Assembly (NCBI GenBank): GCA_050012475.1 | Contig: JBEKHC010000002.1 | Location: 1 to 64,000 of the forward strand | Direction: 5' to 3' | Length of the DNA: 64,000 nt | DNA from: Candidatus Velthaea sp. | GTDB taxonomy: Bacteria; Vulcanimicrobiota; Vulcanimicrobiia; Vulcanimicrobiales; Vulcanimicrobiaceae | In this document: positions 19,530-30,552 of the stretch, piece by piece | How positions within the stretch are numbered: position 1 is the first letter of the stretch | Layout: each line of letters starts with the position of its first letter | Notes under the pieces: generated by a model | What the model saw: only the letters and a program-made list of their open reading frames with translations | Databases searched by the model: none | What the model was told of the DNA's origin: nothing | Made by a program: the position numbers and the translations under genes

Positions 19530-20948
19530 ATGCGCTTCCTTGGTGAAGCGGAGCGACCGGCGGGCGCCATCGGCGCACCAGCGAAAGCGCCTGTGCGCGG
19601 AGCGCGCAGCGGATGGGATGCGGCGCCGAAAAAGTCCGTTACCCGCGTGCATGTCGCGGAAATTTGCGCCGTGGTCGTCGCGGGTCTCCTGATCCGCATC
19701 GCGTTTTTGCACTCGCCCGGCTACCACGACGACATGGTTCTTTTCGCTCGCTGGTTCCGCGCGATCGCGGCGCTTCCGCCGGGCGAGGTCTATGGCCATG
19801 TGCCGAACCTCAACTATCCGCCGTTGTACGTCGTTTCGATCGAATGGTCGGCGCTGGTCTTGCGTGCGTTCGTGACCGGACCGCCGAGCGATGCGACGGT
19901 CGACCTCGCGCTCAAGGTGCCGCCGATCCTGTTCGATATGATCGGAGCGGTGCTGGCGTATGCGATCGTCCGACGCTGCGCGAACCATGCGTTCGCCCTA
20001 GGTGCCGCGGCGTTCATGGCATTCAATCCGGCGCTCATTTACGATTCGGCTTTTTGGGGCCAGAACGACTCGATTCCGGCGGTGCTGGCGCTGTTGGCGA
20101 TTGCCGCCTTGAGCCGGGGCAAGCTGATCGGAGCTTGGCTGAGCATCGCGTGTGCCGTGCTGGTGAAACCGCCGGTCTTCGTGCTCGTGCCCTTGCTGCT
20201 CGTCTATCCGCTCGCACTGCGGGGTCCCCAGCGGCGGCGTGCGCTAGGGCAGACCGCCGCAGGAGTGGTCGCGGCCCTCGTGCTGACGCAGACGCTGGCG
20301 ATGCTTTTCTTTCCGCACCCGGCGCCGCTGGGGTCGCTGCGCGATCTGATTGCACAGCTTGTCGCGGGCTCGAGTTATTTTCCGGTCAACTCGCTCAATG
20401 CGTTCAACCTCTGGGCGATGTTCGGACCGTTTTTCGTTTCCGACCGGACCCACGTTCTCTTTTTGTCGCTCCACGTCGTGGGCGACCTGCTGTTTTGCGC
20501 GGCCGCCGCGCTCATCTGCTGGCGTTACCTGGCGTCGCGCGGCACGGCGGGGTTGTTCGAGGCGTCGGTGCTGCTGTTGTCGGCGTTCTTCTTGCTCCTG
20601 ACCGAGATGCACGAGCGGTATCTTTACTACGCGGTGGTGTTTCTGGCCGAGGTGCTGGTGAAACGGCCGTATCGCTGGGCGGCCCTCATCATCTCGTTGA
20701 CGTTCTTGTTCAACCTCGAGTACGGGTTGACGTTCATGTACCTCGACGACGCGCGAGCAACGATGGTCAACCGCTACGAATTCGCACCATGGCTCGTGCA
20801 TATCTGTTCGTTGGCAAACATCGGCGTGTTTCTGTGGTTGCTGAGCGGATATCTCGGATTCGCCGGAGCCGCGCCGGGCGTGCGCGCATTGCTGCCGGAG
20901 GAACGGATCGACGAGCTCGCGTGGTCGAGCAAGCGGGGCCCCGCATAG
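19530..20948 (+). CDS. GT-C membrane glycosyltransferase (mannosyltransferase-like)
   Basis: NYPP, LKVPPILFD, FNPALIYDSAFWGQNDS, MHERY, many TM helices; start uncertain. Confidence 0.8.
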   Translation: MRFLGEAERPAGAIGAPAKAPVRGARSGWDAAPKKSVTRVHVAEICAVVVAGLLIRIAFLHSPGYHDDMVLFARWFRAIAALPPGEVYGHVPNLNYPPLYVVSIEWSALVLRAFVTGPPSDATVDLALKVPPILFDMIGAVLAYAIVRRCANHAFALGAAAFMAFNPALIYDSAFWGQNDSIPAVLALLAIAALSRGKLIGAWLSIACAVLVKPPVFVLVPLLLVYPLALRGPQRRRALGQTAAGVVAALVLTQTLAMLFFPHPAPLGSLRDLIAQLVAGSSYFPVNSLNAFNLWAMFGPFFVSDRTHVLFLSLHVVGDLLFCAAAALICWRYLASRGTAGLFEASVLLLSAFFLLLTEMHERYLYYAVVFLAEVLVKRPYRWAALIISLTFLFNLEYGLTFMYLDDARATMVNRYEFAPWLVHICSLANIGVFLWLLSGYLGFAGAAPGVRALLPEERIDELAWSSKRGPA

Positions 20949-20997
20949 CGCGGCGTTCCCAGCGAAAAGCGTGCGGTTGCGGTTCGCCGAAGGGGTG

Positions 20998-21402
20998 ATG
21001 ATGTTTGCTTTGCTGATTGCCGCCGACGTTGCTTCTCCGCTGCCGGCCGCAACCTGCGCTGCGGCCGATCCAGCCGTGACGAGCCTGACCTCGCAACTCT
21101 TCAAACGGCGCGGCGGCGATCACTACGTCATCACCGCGACATTGTCCAACCTGGGCGCGCGGAGCCAAACCCCCGACATCACGCAGCGCGTCGAACTCGT
21201 GCGCGACGGCGCGGTGCTGGCGCCTCAAACCGTACCGGCGCTCGGTCCGGGCGTAGCCTATAAGGTCGCGTTCGCCGTCGACCGGCCGTCCGGCGAACGA
21301 TCGCAACCGCTCACCGTGACGGTCCGGTACGTGCTGACCTCGGGCGACGCCGCGCACAACGCATGCGACCGCTCGAACGACGAAGTAACGAAAACGTTCT
21401 AA
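20998..21402 (+). CDS. Secreted Ig-like/CARDB-like hypothetical protein
   Basis: Signal-like N-terminus, TLSNLG, VPALGPG, two Cys. Confidence 0.65.
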   Translation: MMFALLIAADVASPLPAATCAAADPAVTSLTSQLFKRRGGDHYVITATLSNLGARSQTPDITQRVELVRDGAVLAPQTVPALGPGVAYKVAFAVDRPSGERSQPLTVTVRYVLTSGDAAHNACDRSNDEVTKTF

Positions 21403-23855
21403 TGAGCGCGCTCGGGCGCGGCGCGATTCGGCTGACGCAGCAGGCCGCGACCGCCGATGTCGTGACCCTCGGCGCACACGTGACCTTCGGCGACCGGCCG
21501 CTGCGATTGCGCTATCGCACGCGGACCGGTGCACTGTTGCGCATCGACGGCGTGGCGGCCGGCGCGTTCGACGGGAAACACGCGTCGTGCGATCTGGCGG
21601 CGCTGCCGGGCGAACACGAGGTTACGCTCGAAGTCGAACGGCGCGCGCTGCCCGTGGCAGGTCTGCCGCCGGGCGACGGCGTGCGCTGGCGCTGGATGCT
21701 CGCGCGCAGCGAACAGTCGCCGCAGCGAACGCTGGAGATCGACGTGCGCACGCCGGACGCGCCCGCAACCGGCGGTGCTGCGGCGGCCTTCGGGCACGCG
21801 CATCTCGACATCGCTTGGCTCTGGACGCATGCCGAGACCAAGCGCAAAGCGCTGCGCACGTTTGCCACCGCACTGCGTGAGATCGAAGCCGGGCCCTACG
21901 TCTTCGCCCAAAGCCAACCGCAGCTGTATGCGTGGGTCGAGGCGGCCGATTCCGAGCTGTTCGCTCGCGTCCGCGCGCGCGTGGGGCGCGGCTGGGACGC
22001 CGGCGTCGCGACGATGTGGGTCGAACCCGATTTGCACGCGCCCAGCGGCGAGTCGGTCCTGCGCCAATTCGCGTACGGGATGCGGTACACGCGGGAAAAG
22101 CTCGGCGTGCTGCCGACCGTTGTGTGGCTGCCCGACACCTTCGGTTTTCCCAGCACGCTCCCGCTGCTCGCTGCGCACGCCGGCGCGACGGCGTTTGCGA
22201 CCGCCAAGCTCGAATGGAACGACAGCACGCGCTGGCCGTTTCCGCAGTTCGTCTGGCACTCGGACGACGGCAGCGCGCTGACCGCTGCGGTCCTGGCGAG
22301 GTACGAGGGCGATCCGAGTCCGGCGCGCGTGCGCACGGCCGCGCAGCGAAACGAGCCGGTCGTGGTGGGATTCGGCGACGGCGGGGGCGGCGCGACCGAC
22401 GCGGCGATCGCGCGTGTCGCGGCACGCGCCTGGATCGCACCCGGCGATTGGTTTGCGACCCTCGAGCCGGCGGCGCTGCCGGCGTACACCGGCGAACTGT
22501 ACCTCGAAACGCACCGCGGCACGTACACGACGCACCACGACATCAAAGCGCGCAACGCTGCGCTCGAACGCGCGCTCGCTGCCGTCGAAGAGGCCTGCGC
22601 GTGGTGCGTTGCGATCCGCGCGCCGCAGTCGGTCATCGTGCCCTTGACCGACGACTTGCGCACGGCGTGGACGATCGTCTTGCGCAATCAATTCCACGAC
22701 GTGCTGGCCGGCTCGTCGACCGCGGCGGTGTATGCCGAGGCGCATGCCGAATACGATCGCGCCGAACGGATCGTCGAACGTTTGCGCGCCGGGACGCAGG
22801 CGGTCTTGCCGCGCACGCAGCTCACGCGCGCGGAGCCGCAGCTTGCCGTGCCGGAGGCGGCCGGGAACGATGAATTTCATTTCGCCGGCGAGTACGTTCG
22901 CGCGCGCGTGCGCGCCGACGGGACGATCGTTGAGCTCGGCGCGGCCCAAGGGCCCAGCGTGCTGACCTTGGGCAACGGACTGGCGGCGTACGTCGATACG
23001 CCGGCCGCCTGGGACGCCTGGAATATCGATCGCGGTTACGTCGACAAACGCGTTCGGGTCAAACCGCGCGGGGCGACGATCGACGAAGGCGGTTTGGTCG
23101 TGCGGCTGCAGATCGGTCGCCGCTCGAGCGCAGCGATGCGGATCGAACTGCGCGCGGACGAACCGTTTCTGCGCGTCGAACTCGCGGTCGATTGGCACGA
23201 AGATCGCGTTCTGCTGCGGGTCGAAAACCGGCTCGCCGTCGCCGCGAGCGCGGTGCGATTCGGCCAGCCGCACGGCTCCATTCTGCGCCCCGCCCAGGCC
23301 CGCAGCGCGGCCGAACGGGCGCGCTTCGAGGTGCCCGGTCAGCGCTATGCGCATGCCGACGACGGCAGTCGCGGCCTGGCCATCCTGGCCCCCGACACCT
23401 ATGGCTGGAATGCGCGCGCGCTCAAAGGCGGCGGCGTGCGGCTGGGGATGTCGCTGTTGCGTTCGCCGCGTTGGCCCGATCCGGGCGCCGACCGGGGCGA
23501 GCGCCGCATCGCGTATGCCTTTGCGCCGACCGCGGGCGCGTCCGTGTCGGCATTGGAAGCGGCTTGGAGCGCGTACACCGATGAACCCCGGGTGCAGCTG
23601 TTCACCTGCGAGACGCCCGGCGTGATCGTCGTGGCGACCAAACCGGCCGATGATGGCCGCGGCGTGATTGTCCGCGTTCGCGAGTGCGATGGCGCCCCGC
23701 AGCAGGTAGCGGTGCGCTGCGGCGGCCGGATGCGGTCGGCCCAGCCCGTCGACGCCGGCGAGCTGCCCGTCGCCGGCGACGTCAGCATCGAAGACGAGCA
23801 TGTCCTGTTCACGCTGGGCGCCTACGCGTTGCGCTCGTTTCGCGTTCATTTCTAA
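21402..23855 (+). CDS. Alpha-mannosidase (GH38)
   Basis: HAHLDIAWLW, WLPDTFG, GDGGGG, GELYLETHRGTYT, QFHDVLAGS. Confidence 0.9.
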   Translation: MSALGRGAIRLTQQAATADVVTLGAHVTFGDRPLRLRYRTRTGALLRIDGVAAGAFDGKHASCDLAALPGEHEVTLEVERRALPVAGLPPGDGVRWRWMLARSEQSPQRTLEIDVRTPDAPATGGAAAAFGHAHLDIAWLWTHAETKRKALRTFATALREIEAGPYVFAQSQPQLYAWVEAADSELFARVRARVGRGWDAGVATMWVEPDLHAPSGESVLRQFAYGMRYTREKLGVLPTVVWLPDTFGFPSTLPLLAAHAGATAFATAKLEWNDSTRWPFPQFVWHSDDGSALTAAVLARYEGDPSPARVRTAAQRNEPVVVGFGDGGGGATDAAIARVAARAWIAPGDWFATLEPAALPAYTGELYLETHRGTYTTHHDIKARNAALERALAAVEEACAWCVAIRAPQSVIVPLTDDLRTAWTIVLRNQFHDVLAGSSTAAVYAEAHAEYDRAERIVERLRAGTQAVLPRTQLTRAEPQLAVPEAAGNDEFHFAGEYVRARVRADGTIVELGAAQGPSVLTLGNGLAAYVDTPAAWDAWNIDRGYVDKRVRVKPRGATIDEGGLVVRLQIGRRSSAAMRIELRADEPFLRVELAVDWHEDRVLLRVENRLAVAASAVRFGQPHGSILRPAQARSAAERARFEVPGQRYAHADDGSRGLAILAPDTYGWNARALKGGGVRLGMSLLRSPRWPDPGADRGERRIAYAFAPTAGASVSALEAAWSAYTDEPRVQLFTCETPGVIVVATKPADDGRGVIVRVRECDGAPQQVAVRCGGRMRSAQPVDAGELPVAGDVSIEDEHVLFTLGAYALRSFRVHF

Positions 23856-23872
23856 CCGATGACCTCGAACCG

Positions 23873-25459
23873 ATGACCGCCGGCGCACTGCTCACCAGCC
23901 TGCTGACGGCGATCGTCGTGCTCGCGCTGGCGGCCAAAAAGATCGGCGTGCCGTACCCGGTCGTGTTCGTGATCGGCGGCGTCTTGCTCGGCTTCATCCC
24001 CGGCACGCCCGCGATCGTGCTCGAACCGGATCTCGTCTTTCTCCTGTTCTTGCCGCCGCTGATCTTCGGCGACGGCTGGACGACCGACGTGCGGACGTTC
24101 TTGCGCTACAAACATCCGATCTTGTGGCTCGCGATCGGGTTGGTGCTTTTCACCTCGGTGTGCGTCGCTTATGCGGCCTACTGGCTCATCGGCTTCCCGC
24201 TCGCGCTGGGCTTCGTGCTGGGCGCGATCCTGTCGCCCACCGACGCCGTCGCGACCGACGCCATCGCCGAAGAACTCAATCTGCCGCGCCGGCTGGCCGC
24301 GATCGTCAACGGAGAATCGCTGGTCAACGACGCGTCGGGGCTGGTGATCTACGCTTTTGCCGTGGCGGCGGTGCTCACCGGGACGTTCTCGCTCGGTTTG
24401 GCGCTGCTCCAGTTCGTCTATGTCGTCGTGCTCGGACTGGCGATCGGGATCGGCGGCGGCGCGATCCTCGCGCGTGTCATCATGTGGATCCGGCGCAGCG
24501 GTTTGTCCGACGAGTTGATCTCGGTCTCGATTTCCCTGGTCACCCCGTTCGCGCTGTACGAATCCGCCGACGTGCTGCACGCTTCGGGGGTGCTGGCGGC
24601 GCTCAGCGGCGGCATGATGCTCAGCCGTAAGTCGAGTCAGATTTTCGATGCCGACAGCCGGATCGCGGCGAGCGCGGTTTGGAATTTGCTGTTCTTCACC
24701 TTCAACGGTGCCGCGTTCGTGCTGATCGGTTTGCAGCTGCGTTCGCTCGTCGGCGCGCTGACGGTCTATCCACCGTGGACGCTTGCGGGGTGGTCGCTGG
24801 GAATCGCAGCGGTCGTGGTGCTCGCCCGCTACGTCTGGGTGTTTCCCGTCGCGCGTCTGCGCCGCATGATTTGGCCGCGCATCATCGAGCGCGAGGGACC
24901 CGCGCCGCCGTGGCAGGTGCTGTTCATCTTAGGCACGGCGGGGATGCGCGGCGTCGTCTCGCTCGCTGCGGCGCTGGCGTTGCCGGTGCGGTTTCCTTAC
25001 CGCGATCTGATCTTGTTCATCGTCTTCGTGGTGATCGTGGTAACGCTCGTCGGACAGGGATTGCTCATGCCGGTGCTGATCCGGCGCTGGAACGTCGTCG
25101 ACACCGACGACACGCTGGGGCGCGACATCGCGCTGGCGCGCGTGCGCATGGCCGAAGCCGTGCGCGCGCGGATGCGTGAACTCGAAGCGACGCTCACGCT
25201 TCCTCAGGAGTGGGAAGTTATCGGCCGGCTGGGTGCCGACTACGATCAGCGCATCGCGCATCTCACCGCCCATGCCGACGGCAGCGTCGACATCGATCTG
25301 GACGCCAGCCAGCACGAGATCGAGGGCCGTTTCCGGCGCGAAGCCTACGACGCGGAGCGGCGGACCTTGCTCGAACTGCGCCGCGCCGGAACGATCGCCG
25401 ACGAGGCCTATCGGCGCATCGAGTGGCAAATCGATCTAGCCGAATCGCGGCTGGAATGA
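23873..25459 (+). CDS. Na+/H+ antiporter, CPA1 family
   Basis: FLPPLIF, LSPTDAVA, GESLVNDASG, GMRGVVSLAAAL. Confidence 0.92.
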   Translation: MTAGALLTSLLTAIVVLALAAKKIGVPYPVVFVIGGVLLGFIPGTPAIVLEPDLVFLLFLPPLIFGDGWTTDVRTFLRYKHPILWLAIGLVLFTSVCVAYAAYWLIGFPLALGFVLGAILSPTDAVATDAIAEELNLPRRLAAIVNGESLVNDASGLVIYAFAVAAVLTGTFSLGLALLQFVYVVVLGLAIGIGGGAILARVIMWIRRSGLSDELISVSISLVTPFALYESADVLHASGVLAALSGGMMLSRKSSQIFDADSRIAASAVWNLLFFTFNGAAFVLIGLQLRSLVGALTVYPPWTLAGWSLGIAAVVVLARYVWVFPVARLRRMIWPRIIEREGPAPPWQVLFILGTAGMRGVVSLAAALALPVRFPYRDLILFIVFVVIVVTLVGQGLLMPVLIRRWNVVDTDDTLGRDIALARVRMAEAVRARMRELEATLTLPQEWEVIGRLGADYDQRIAHLTAHADGSVDIDLDASQHEIEGRFRREAYDAERRTLLELRRAGTIADEAYRRIEWQIDLAESRLE

Positions 25460-25463
25460 GGGA

Positions 25464-26228
25464 TTGTTGGTGAGGATCATCGATACCGTGCTGTTCGATC
25501 TCGACGACACGCTGCACGACGATACGACGGCCTTTCAAGAGGCGGCCCGGATGGTCGCCGCCGAGGTCGCCGCGGAGCGCGGCGTCGATCCGTCGGCCGT
25601 GCTCGGTGCGTATATCGCCCAAGCGCAAGCGTTCTGGAAGAAGCTTTCGGTCGAGCATCTGACGGCGGGCATCACGGACACGCGCGCTCAGCTGTGGTCG
25701 GACGCTCTGAGCGCGGTGGGCATCGACGATATCGCGCTGGCCGAACGCTGCGCGACGGCGTACACGCGCTATCGCGCCGACGTGCTGGAGCTCTCGCCCG
25801 GCGCGTTGGAATGCATCGAGGCGCTGCGCGCGCGCGGCTGCAAGCTCGGCATCGTTACCAACGGTTTTGCCGAAACCCACCACGACAAGATCGCGCGGCT
25901 CGGACTCACGCCGCTCTTCGACGCGCTCTTCATCGCCGACGAAATGGGCATGGTCAAGCCGGATCCGGCCATCTTCCAGCACGCCTGCGAGGTTCTGGGC
26001 AGCGTTCCCGAACGCACCGCGATGGTCGGCGACCGGTACGACCGCGACATTGCGGGGGCCAAGCGCAGCGGCTTGTTCACCGTTCTCATCGACGTTCACG
26101 CCATTCCGCTCCCCGACGGTGCGCCGCCGCCCGATGCGATCGTCGCTACGATCGCCGACGTGCTCGCGGTGCTGCCCCTCGGACGAATCGAGGGCGCGCC
26201 CGGCCGGGCACAGAAGGGCAGCGCCTAG
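25464..26228 (+). CDS. HAD-superfamily hydrolase
   Basis: FDLDDTL, VTNG, KPDPAIF, MVGDRYDRDIAGA. Confidence 0.9.
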   Translation: MLVRIIDTVLFDLDDTLHDDTTAFQEAARMVAAEVAAERGVDPSAVLGAYIAQAQAFWKKLSVEHLTAGITDTRAQLWSDALSAVGIDDIALAERCATAYTRYRADVLELSPGALECIEALRARGCKLGIVTNGFAETHHDKIARLGLTPLFDALFIADEMGMVKPDPAIFQHACEVLGSVPERTAMVGDRYDRDIAGAKRSGLFTVLIDVHAIPLPDGAPPPDAIVATIADVLAVLPLGRIEGAPGRAQKGSA

Positions 26229-26244
26229 CTGAGAAGGAGAGGCC

Positions 26245-26982
26245 GTGCAAAGCGATTCGGTCGAGAATATTTTTGCCCGCGCTTGGTCGCTGCTCACCAA
26301 AAACCCGGTGATCATCGTGCCTGGGCTGGTCGTCGGGATCGTCGTCGGCATCATTCAAGCGCTGATCGCGCCGCATCAGCAGGTTGTCGATGCTTCGGGC
26401 GATACGGTGGCGGCGGTCGCGGGCGCCGGACGAGTCGTGGCGTCGGCGACGATCTCGGCGATCGTCGGCGTGCTTGCGTTTCTGGTCACCGAGACGTACA
26501 CCACCGGCATGGCTGGTGCCGCTTGGCAAACCGGGATCACCTCGCTGGCCGACGGCCGGGCGTCGTTCCGCGAGGATGCGGGCCGGCTGCTGGCCGCGGT
26601 CCTGCTCATCGCGGTCGTCGGGATCGTCGCCGCCGTCCTCACCTTGGGGTTGGGCTGGCTCGTCGTGCTGTTCTTCTCGATCTACGTCGTGCCGGCGGTC
26701 GTGCTCGACAACTACAGTGCGGTGCCCGCTTTTCGACTGTCGGCGTCGATCGCGATGAAACGCGCGCTGCCGACGATCATCATCATCGTGCTGCTGTTCG
26801 TCATCGGGCTCGTGCTCGGGTTAGTGCTGCTGCCGTTGGCGTTCATTCCGTTCTTGGGTCCGCTCGTTACCGCGATCGTGTCGCAGGCCGTTACGGCCTA
26901 CGCAACGCTGGTGATCGTCGGCGAGTATTTGAACGCGCGGCGTTCACCGGACATCATCGCTGCCGGGCCGCCGCCGCGGTAG
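26245..26982 (+). CDS. Membrane protein of unknown function
   Basis: AAGGAG SD before GTG; about 6 hydrophobic helices. Confidence 0.8.
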   Translation: MQSDSVENIFARAWSLLTKNPVIIVPGLVVGIVVGIIQALIAPHQQVVDASGDTVAAVAGAGRVVASATISAIVGVLAFLVTETYTTGMAGAAWQTGITSLADGRASFREDAGRLLAAVLLIAVVGIVAAVLTLGLGWLVVLFFSIYVVPAVVLDNYSAVPAFRLSASIAMKRALPTIIIIVLLFVIGLVLGLVLLPLAFIPFLGPLVTAIVSQAVTAYATLVIVGEYLNARRSPDIIAAGPPPR

Positions 26983-26996
26983 GACCGGAGGAACGC

Positions 26997-27230
26997 GTGG
27001 AAGCGGCCGTCTTCGTCCGCATCGCCGTCGTCGTGTTCGGCTTCGCACTTTTCGTCGTAGCGGAACTGGTCGACAACGCGAATGCGCGCAAACCAGCGGC
27101 GACGGGCGCCCGGCAGGCCGAGACGCTTTTTGACGATGCCAAGGTGTTTACGCTGCGCATCTTCGGCGCGGTCGCGATCGCCGGCGGCCTGCTCGCTTTC
27201 GTCTTTGCGAACCATACGCCGATCTTCTGA
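26997..27230 (+). CDS. Small 2-TM membrane protein (77 aa)
   Basis: GGAGG SD before GTG 26997; two hydrophobic helices; 3' part of tracked ORF 26283..27230. Confidence 0.6.
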   Translation: MEAAVFVRIAVVVFGFALFVVAELVDNANARKPAATGARQAETLFDDAKVFTLRIFGAVAIAGGLLAFVFANHTPIF

Positions 27231-27276
27231 GCGCCGCTGCAACGGTTCTCGGTCACGGAGGGTCGAATGAGGGCAT

Positions 27277-30200
27277 ATGTCGTCGCCTCCTTCGCGTGTT
27301 CTCGACTCGATCGTCATCAAGGGCGCGCGGGAGCATAATCTCAAGAACATCGACCTGACCCTGCCGCGCAATCGGCTCATCGTCGTGACGGGCCTTTCGG
27401 GCTCGGGCAAATCGTCGTTGGCGTTCGACACGATCTACGCCGAAGGCCAGCGCCGCTACGTCGAGTCGCTGTCGTCGTACGCGCGGCAGTTCTTGGGTCA
27501 GATGGAAAAGCCCGACGTCGACTACATCGAGGGTTTGTCGCCGGCGATTTCGATCGATCAGAAGTCGACCTCGCGCAATCCGCGTTCGACGGTCGGTACG
27601 GTGACCGAAATCTACGACTATCTGCGGCTGCTCTTCGCGCGTATCGGCAAGCCGCACTGCTACAAGTGCGGGCGCGAGATCGGGGCCCAGAGCAGCGAGC
27701 AAATCGTCGATCAGATTCTGGCCTTACCGGCAGGAACCAAAATTCAGCTGCTCGCGCCGATGATCCGCGGCCGCAAGGGCGAGTATTCCAAGCTGTTCGA
27801 GGAAATCGGCAAAGAGGGCTTCGCGCGCGTGCGGATCGACGGCGAGATCAAGGAACTGCGCGACAAGATCGAACTCGACAAAAAGCGCAAGCACACGATC
27901 GAGGTCGTGGTCGACCGGCTGGTCATCAAGCCCGATATCCGCAAGCGCCTGACCGACTCGGTCGAAACGACCCTGCGCTTGTCGACCGGCATCGTCACCG
28001 TGCTCTACGAAGCGGTGAACGCGAACGCCGCGCGCAACGGCGCCGTCGCCGTGCCGGAAACGGACACCAAGCCGGGCACCGCGCAGTGGCAAGAGCTCAC
28101 GATGAGTGAAGCGTTCGCCTGCGCCTACTGCGGATTGTCGTTTCAAGAACTCGAGCCGCGGCTGTTCTCGTTCAACTCACCGTTCGGCGCGTGCCCGGCC
28201 TGTAGCGGTTTGGGCGTCAAAATCGAAATCGATCCCTGGAAAGTAATCCCCGATCGCACCAAGTCGATCGAACAAGGTGCGATCGTGCCCTGGAGCAAGT
28301 CGCTGGGTGCGGGCCGCTTTCCCTCGATGAACCCGTACTATCTGCAGCAGGTCGAACGACTGCTGCGCTCGCGCCGGGTGAAGATGACGACGCCAATCGA
28401 GAAGATGCCGCCCGATTTGGTCGAGATCATTCTCTACGGCACCGAGAAGAAGCAGCGCTTTACGTACGAGTCCAAGAGCGGCCACGCCTGGGAGTACGAC
28501 GCGGCGTTCGAAGGCGTGGTCAATAATCTGCAGCGCCGCTTCACGGAAACGTCCAGCGACTACGTGAAGGAAGACATCGAGAAGTACATGTCGGCGTCGA
28601 CCTGCACGGTCTGCAAAGGCGCCCGGCTCAAACCCGAAGCGCTGGCGGTCACCGTCGCCGAGCGCAACATTCACGAGCTCACGACGATGTCGGTCGAGAC
28701 CGCCGAGTCGTTCTTCCGCAGCCTGGCGACGAACGATCGCGAGAAGCTCATCTCGGCGCAAATCCTCAAGGAGATCGGTGCGCGGCTGGGTTTTCTTTCC
28801 AACGTCGGATTGGGGTATCTCAACTTGTCGCGCAGTGCGACGACGCTGTCGGGCGGCGAATCGCAGCGCATCCGGCTGGCCACCCAGATTGGCAGCGCGC
28901 TCGTCGGCGTGCTGTATATCTTGGACGAGCCGTCGATCGGGCTGCATCAGCGCGACAACGACCGGCTCTTGGGGACGCTCAAGACGCTGCGCGACATCGG
29001 CAACACGCTCATCGTCATCGAACACGACGAAGATACGATGCGCTCCGCCGACGTCATCGTCGACATCGGGCCGGGTGCGGGCGCCGAGGGCGGACACGTG
29101 CTTTCGGTCGGTTCGCTGGACGAGATTCTCGCCAACCCGCAGTCGCTCACGGCCGCGTACCTGTCGGGCCGCCAGTTCATCGCGATCCCCAAGATGCGCC
29201 GCACGCCGCGGGCGTGGCTGAAGATCAAAAAGGCATCGGCCAACAACTTGCGCGGGATCGACGTCGATTTTCCGATCGGCGTGTTGACCTGCGTGACCGG
29301 TGTCAGCGGTTCGGGCAAATCGTCGCTGGTCAACGAGGTGCTCGTCAAAGCGCTCAATCAGTATCTGCACGGTCAGCCCGCGGGCGGGACGTACGGCACG
29401 CTGGAGGGTGCCGAGGTACTCGACAAGATGGTGGTGATCGACCAATCGCCGATCGGACGCACGCCGCGCTCGAATCCGGCGACGTATACCGGCACGTTCG
29501 ATCTCATTCGCGAACTGTATTCGCTCACGCCCGAAGCGAAGATGCGCGGCTACACGCCGGGCCGCTTCTCGTTCAACGTCAAAGGCGGCCGCTGCGAGTC
29601 ATGCCAGGGCGACGGCGTCATCAAGATCGAGATGCACTTTCTGCCCGACGTCTACGTGCCGTGCGAAGTCTGCAAAGGCCGCCGCTACAACGCGCAAACG
29701 CTCGAAGTCAAGTTCAAGGGCAAATCGATCGCCGATATCCTCGAAATGCGCGTCGACGAAGCGGCCGAACTGCTCAGCACGATCCCGCGCATTCACAATA
29801 AACTCAAGACCATCGCCGAAGTCGGCCTGGGCTATATCAAGATGGGCCAGCCCGCAACACAGCTGTCGGGCGGCGAGGCCCAGCGCATCAAGCTCGCGAC
29901 CGAACTCTCGCGGCGCGCCACCGGGCGGACGTTCTACGTGCTGGACGAGCCGACGACCGGGCTGCACTTCGCCGACATCCACAAACTGCTCGACGTGTTG
30001 TCGCGCTTGGTGAGCGTCGGCAACACGGTGCTGGTGATCGAGCACAACCTCGACGTGATCAAGACCGCCGACTACGTGATCGATCTCGGTCCCGAAGGCG
30101 GCGAGCGCGGCGGGACGCTCGTCGGCATCGGCACGCCCGAACAATTGGCCGCCAACGACGCATCGTTTACCGGCGGTTATCTCAAGGACGTGCTGGCCGA

Positions 30201-30318
30201 CGAACGCGCGCACGGCCATATCGCCGCGAACGCGGCACGCATGGAAGCGATCGAAGCAGCGAATCTGGCCTCACTTCACGGACTCGTCACGAGCGACCGG
30301 GTGAAGATCGAGGCCTAG
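27277..30318 (+). CDS. uvrA: Excinuclease ABC subunit A
   Basis: GAREHNLKN, two Walker A motifs ([16 protein letters not shown]), LSGGE signatures, Zn fingers. Confidence 0.97.
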   Translation: MSSPPSRVLDSIVIKGAREHNLKNIDLTLPRNRLIVVTGLSGSGKSSLAFDTIYAEGQRRYVESLSSYARQFLGQMEKPDVDYIEGLSPAISIDQKSTSRNPRSTVGTVTEIYDYLRLLFARIGKPHCYKCGREIGAQSSEQIVDQILALPAGTKIQLLAPMIRGRKGEYSKLFEEIGKEGFARVRIDGEIKELRDKIELDKKRKHTIEVVVDRLVIKPDIRKRLTDSVETTLRLSTGIVTVLYEAVNANAARNGAVAVPETDTKPGTAQWQELTMSEAFACAYCGLSFQELEPRLFSFNSPFGACPACSGLGVKIEIDPWKVIPDRTKSIEQGAIVPWSKSLGAGRFPSMNPYYLQQVERLLRSRRVKMTTPIEKMPPDLVEIILYGTEKKQRFTYESKSGHAWEYDAAFEGVVNNLQRRFTETSSDYVKEDIEKYMSASTCTVCKGARLKPEALAVTVAERNIHELTTMSVETAESFFRSLATNDREKLISAQILKEIGARLGFLSNVGLGYLNLSRSATTLSGGESQRIRLATQIGSALVGVLYILDEPSIGLHQRDNDRLLGTLKTLRDIGNTLIVIEHDEDTMRSADVIVDIGPGAGAEGGHVLSVGSLDEILANPQSLTAAYLSGRQFIAIPKMRRTPRAWLKIKKASANNLRGIDVDFPIGVLTCVTGVSGSGKSSLVNEVLVKALNQYLHGQPAGGTYGTLEGAEVLDKMVVIDQSPIGRTPRSNPATYTGTFDLIRELYSLTPEAKMRGYTPGRFSFNVKGGRCESCQGDGVIKIEMHFLPDVYVPCEVCKGRRYNAQTLEVKFKGKSIADILEMRVDEAAELLSTIPRIHNKLKTIAEVGLGYIKMGQPATQLSGGEAQRIKLATELSRRATGRTFYVLDEPTTGLHFADIHKLLDVLSRLVSVGNTVLVIEHNLDVIKTADYVIDLGPEGGERGGTLVGIGTPEQLAANDASFTGGYLKDVLADERAHGHIAANAARMEAIEAANLASLHGLVTSDRVKIEA

Positions 30319-30552
30319 GCGATCCGCCTATGCGCCGAGAGCGAAACCGGCTCGACACGGTAAGTCATCCGGTGGACACGACAAGGAAACGACGGCGCCC
30401 GGCTGATCTCCTCGCCGAGGGCGAGCATTGTATGCGCCGCCCCCGTTCCATTCGTGTGCAAGACTTGGAGGAATGCGCTTCGCGCATTCCGTCGCGTTTG
30501 GGCGAACTTGAGTAGTGAGCGGAGGGATCGCCGACTGCCCCCACATCGGTTG

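Noticed and set aside
21399..23888. Long antisense/alternate-frame ORFs (e.g. 829 aa here; also 12615-14333, 42614-44536, 53289-54983)
   Set aside because: Shadow ORFs of real genes caused by high GC; no recognisable motifs.
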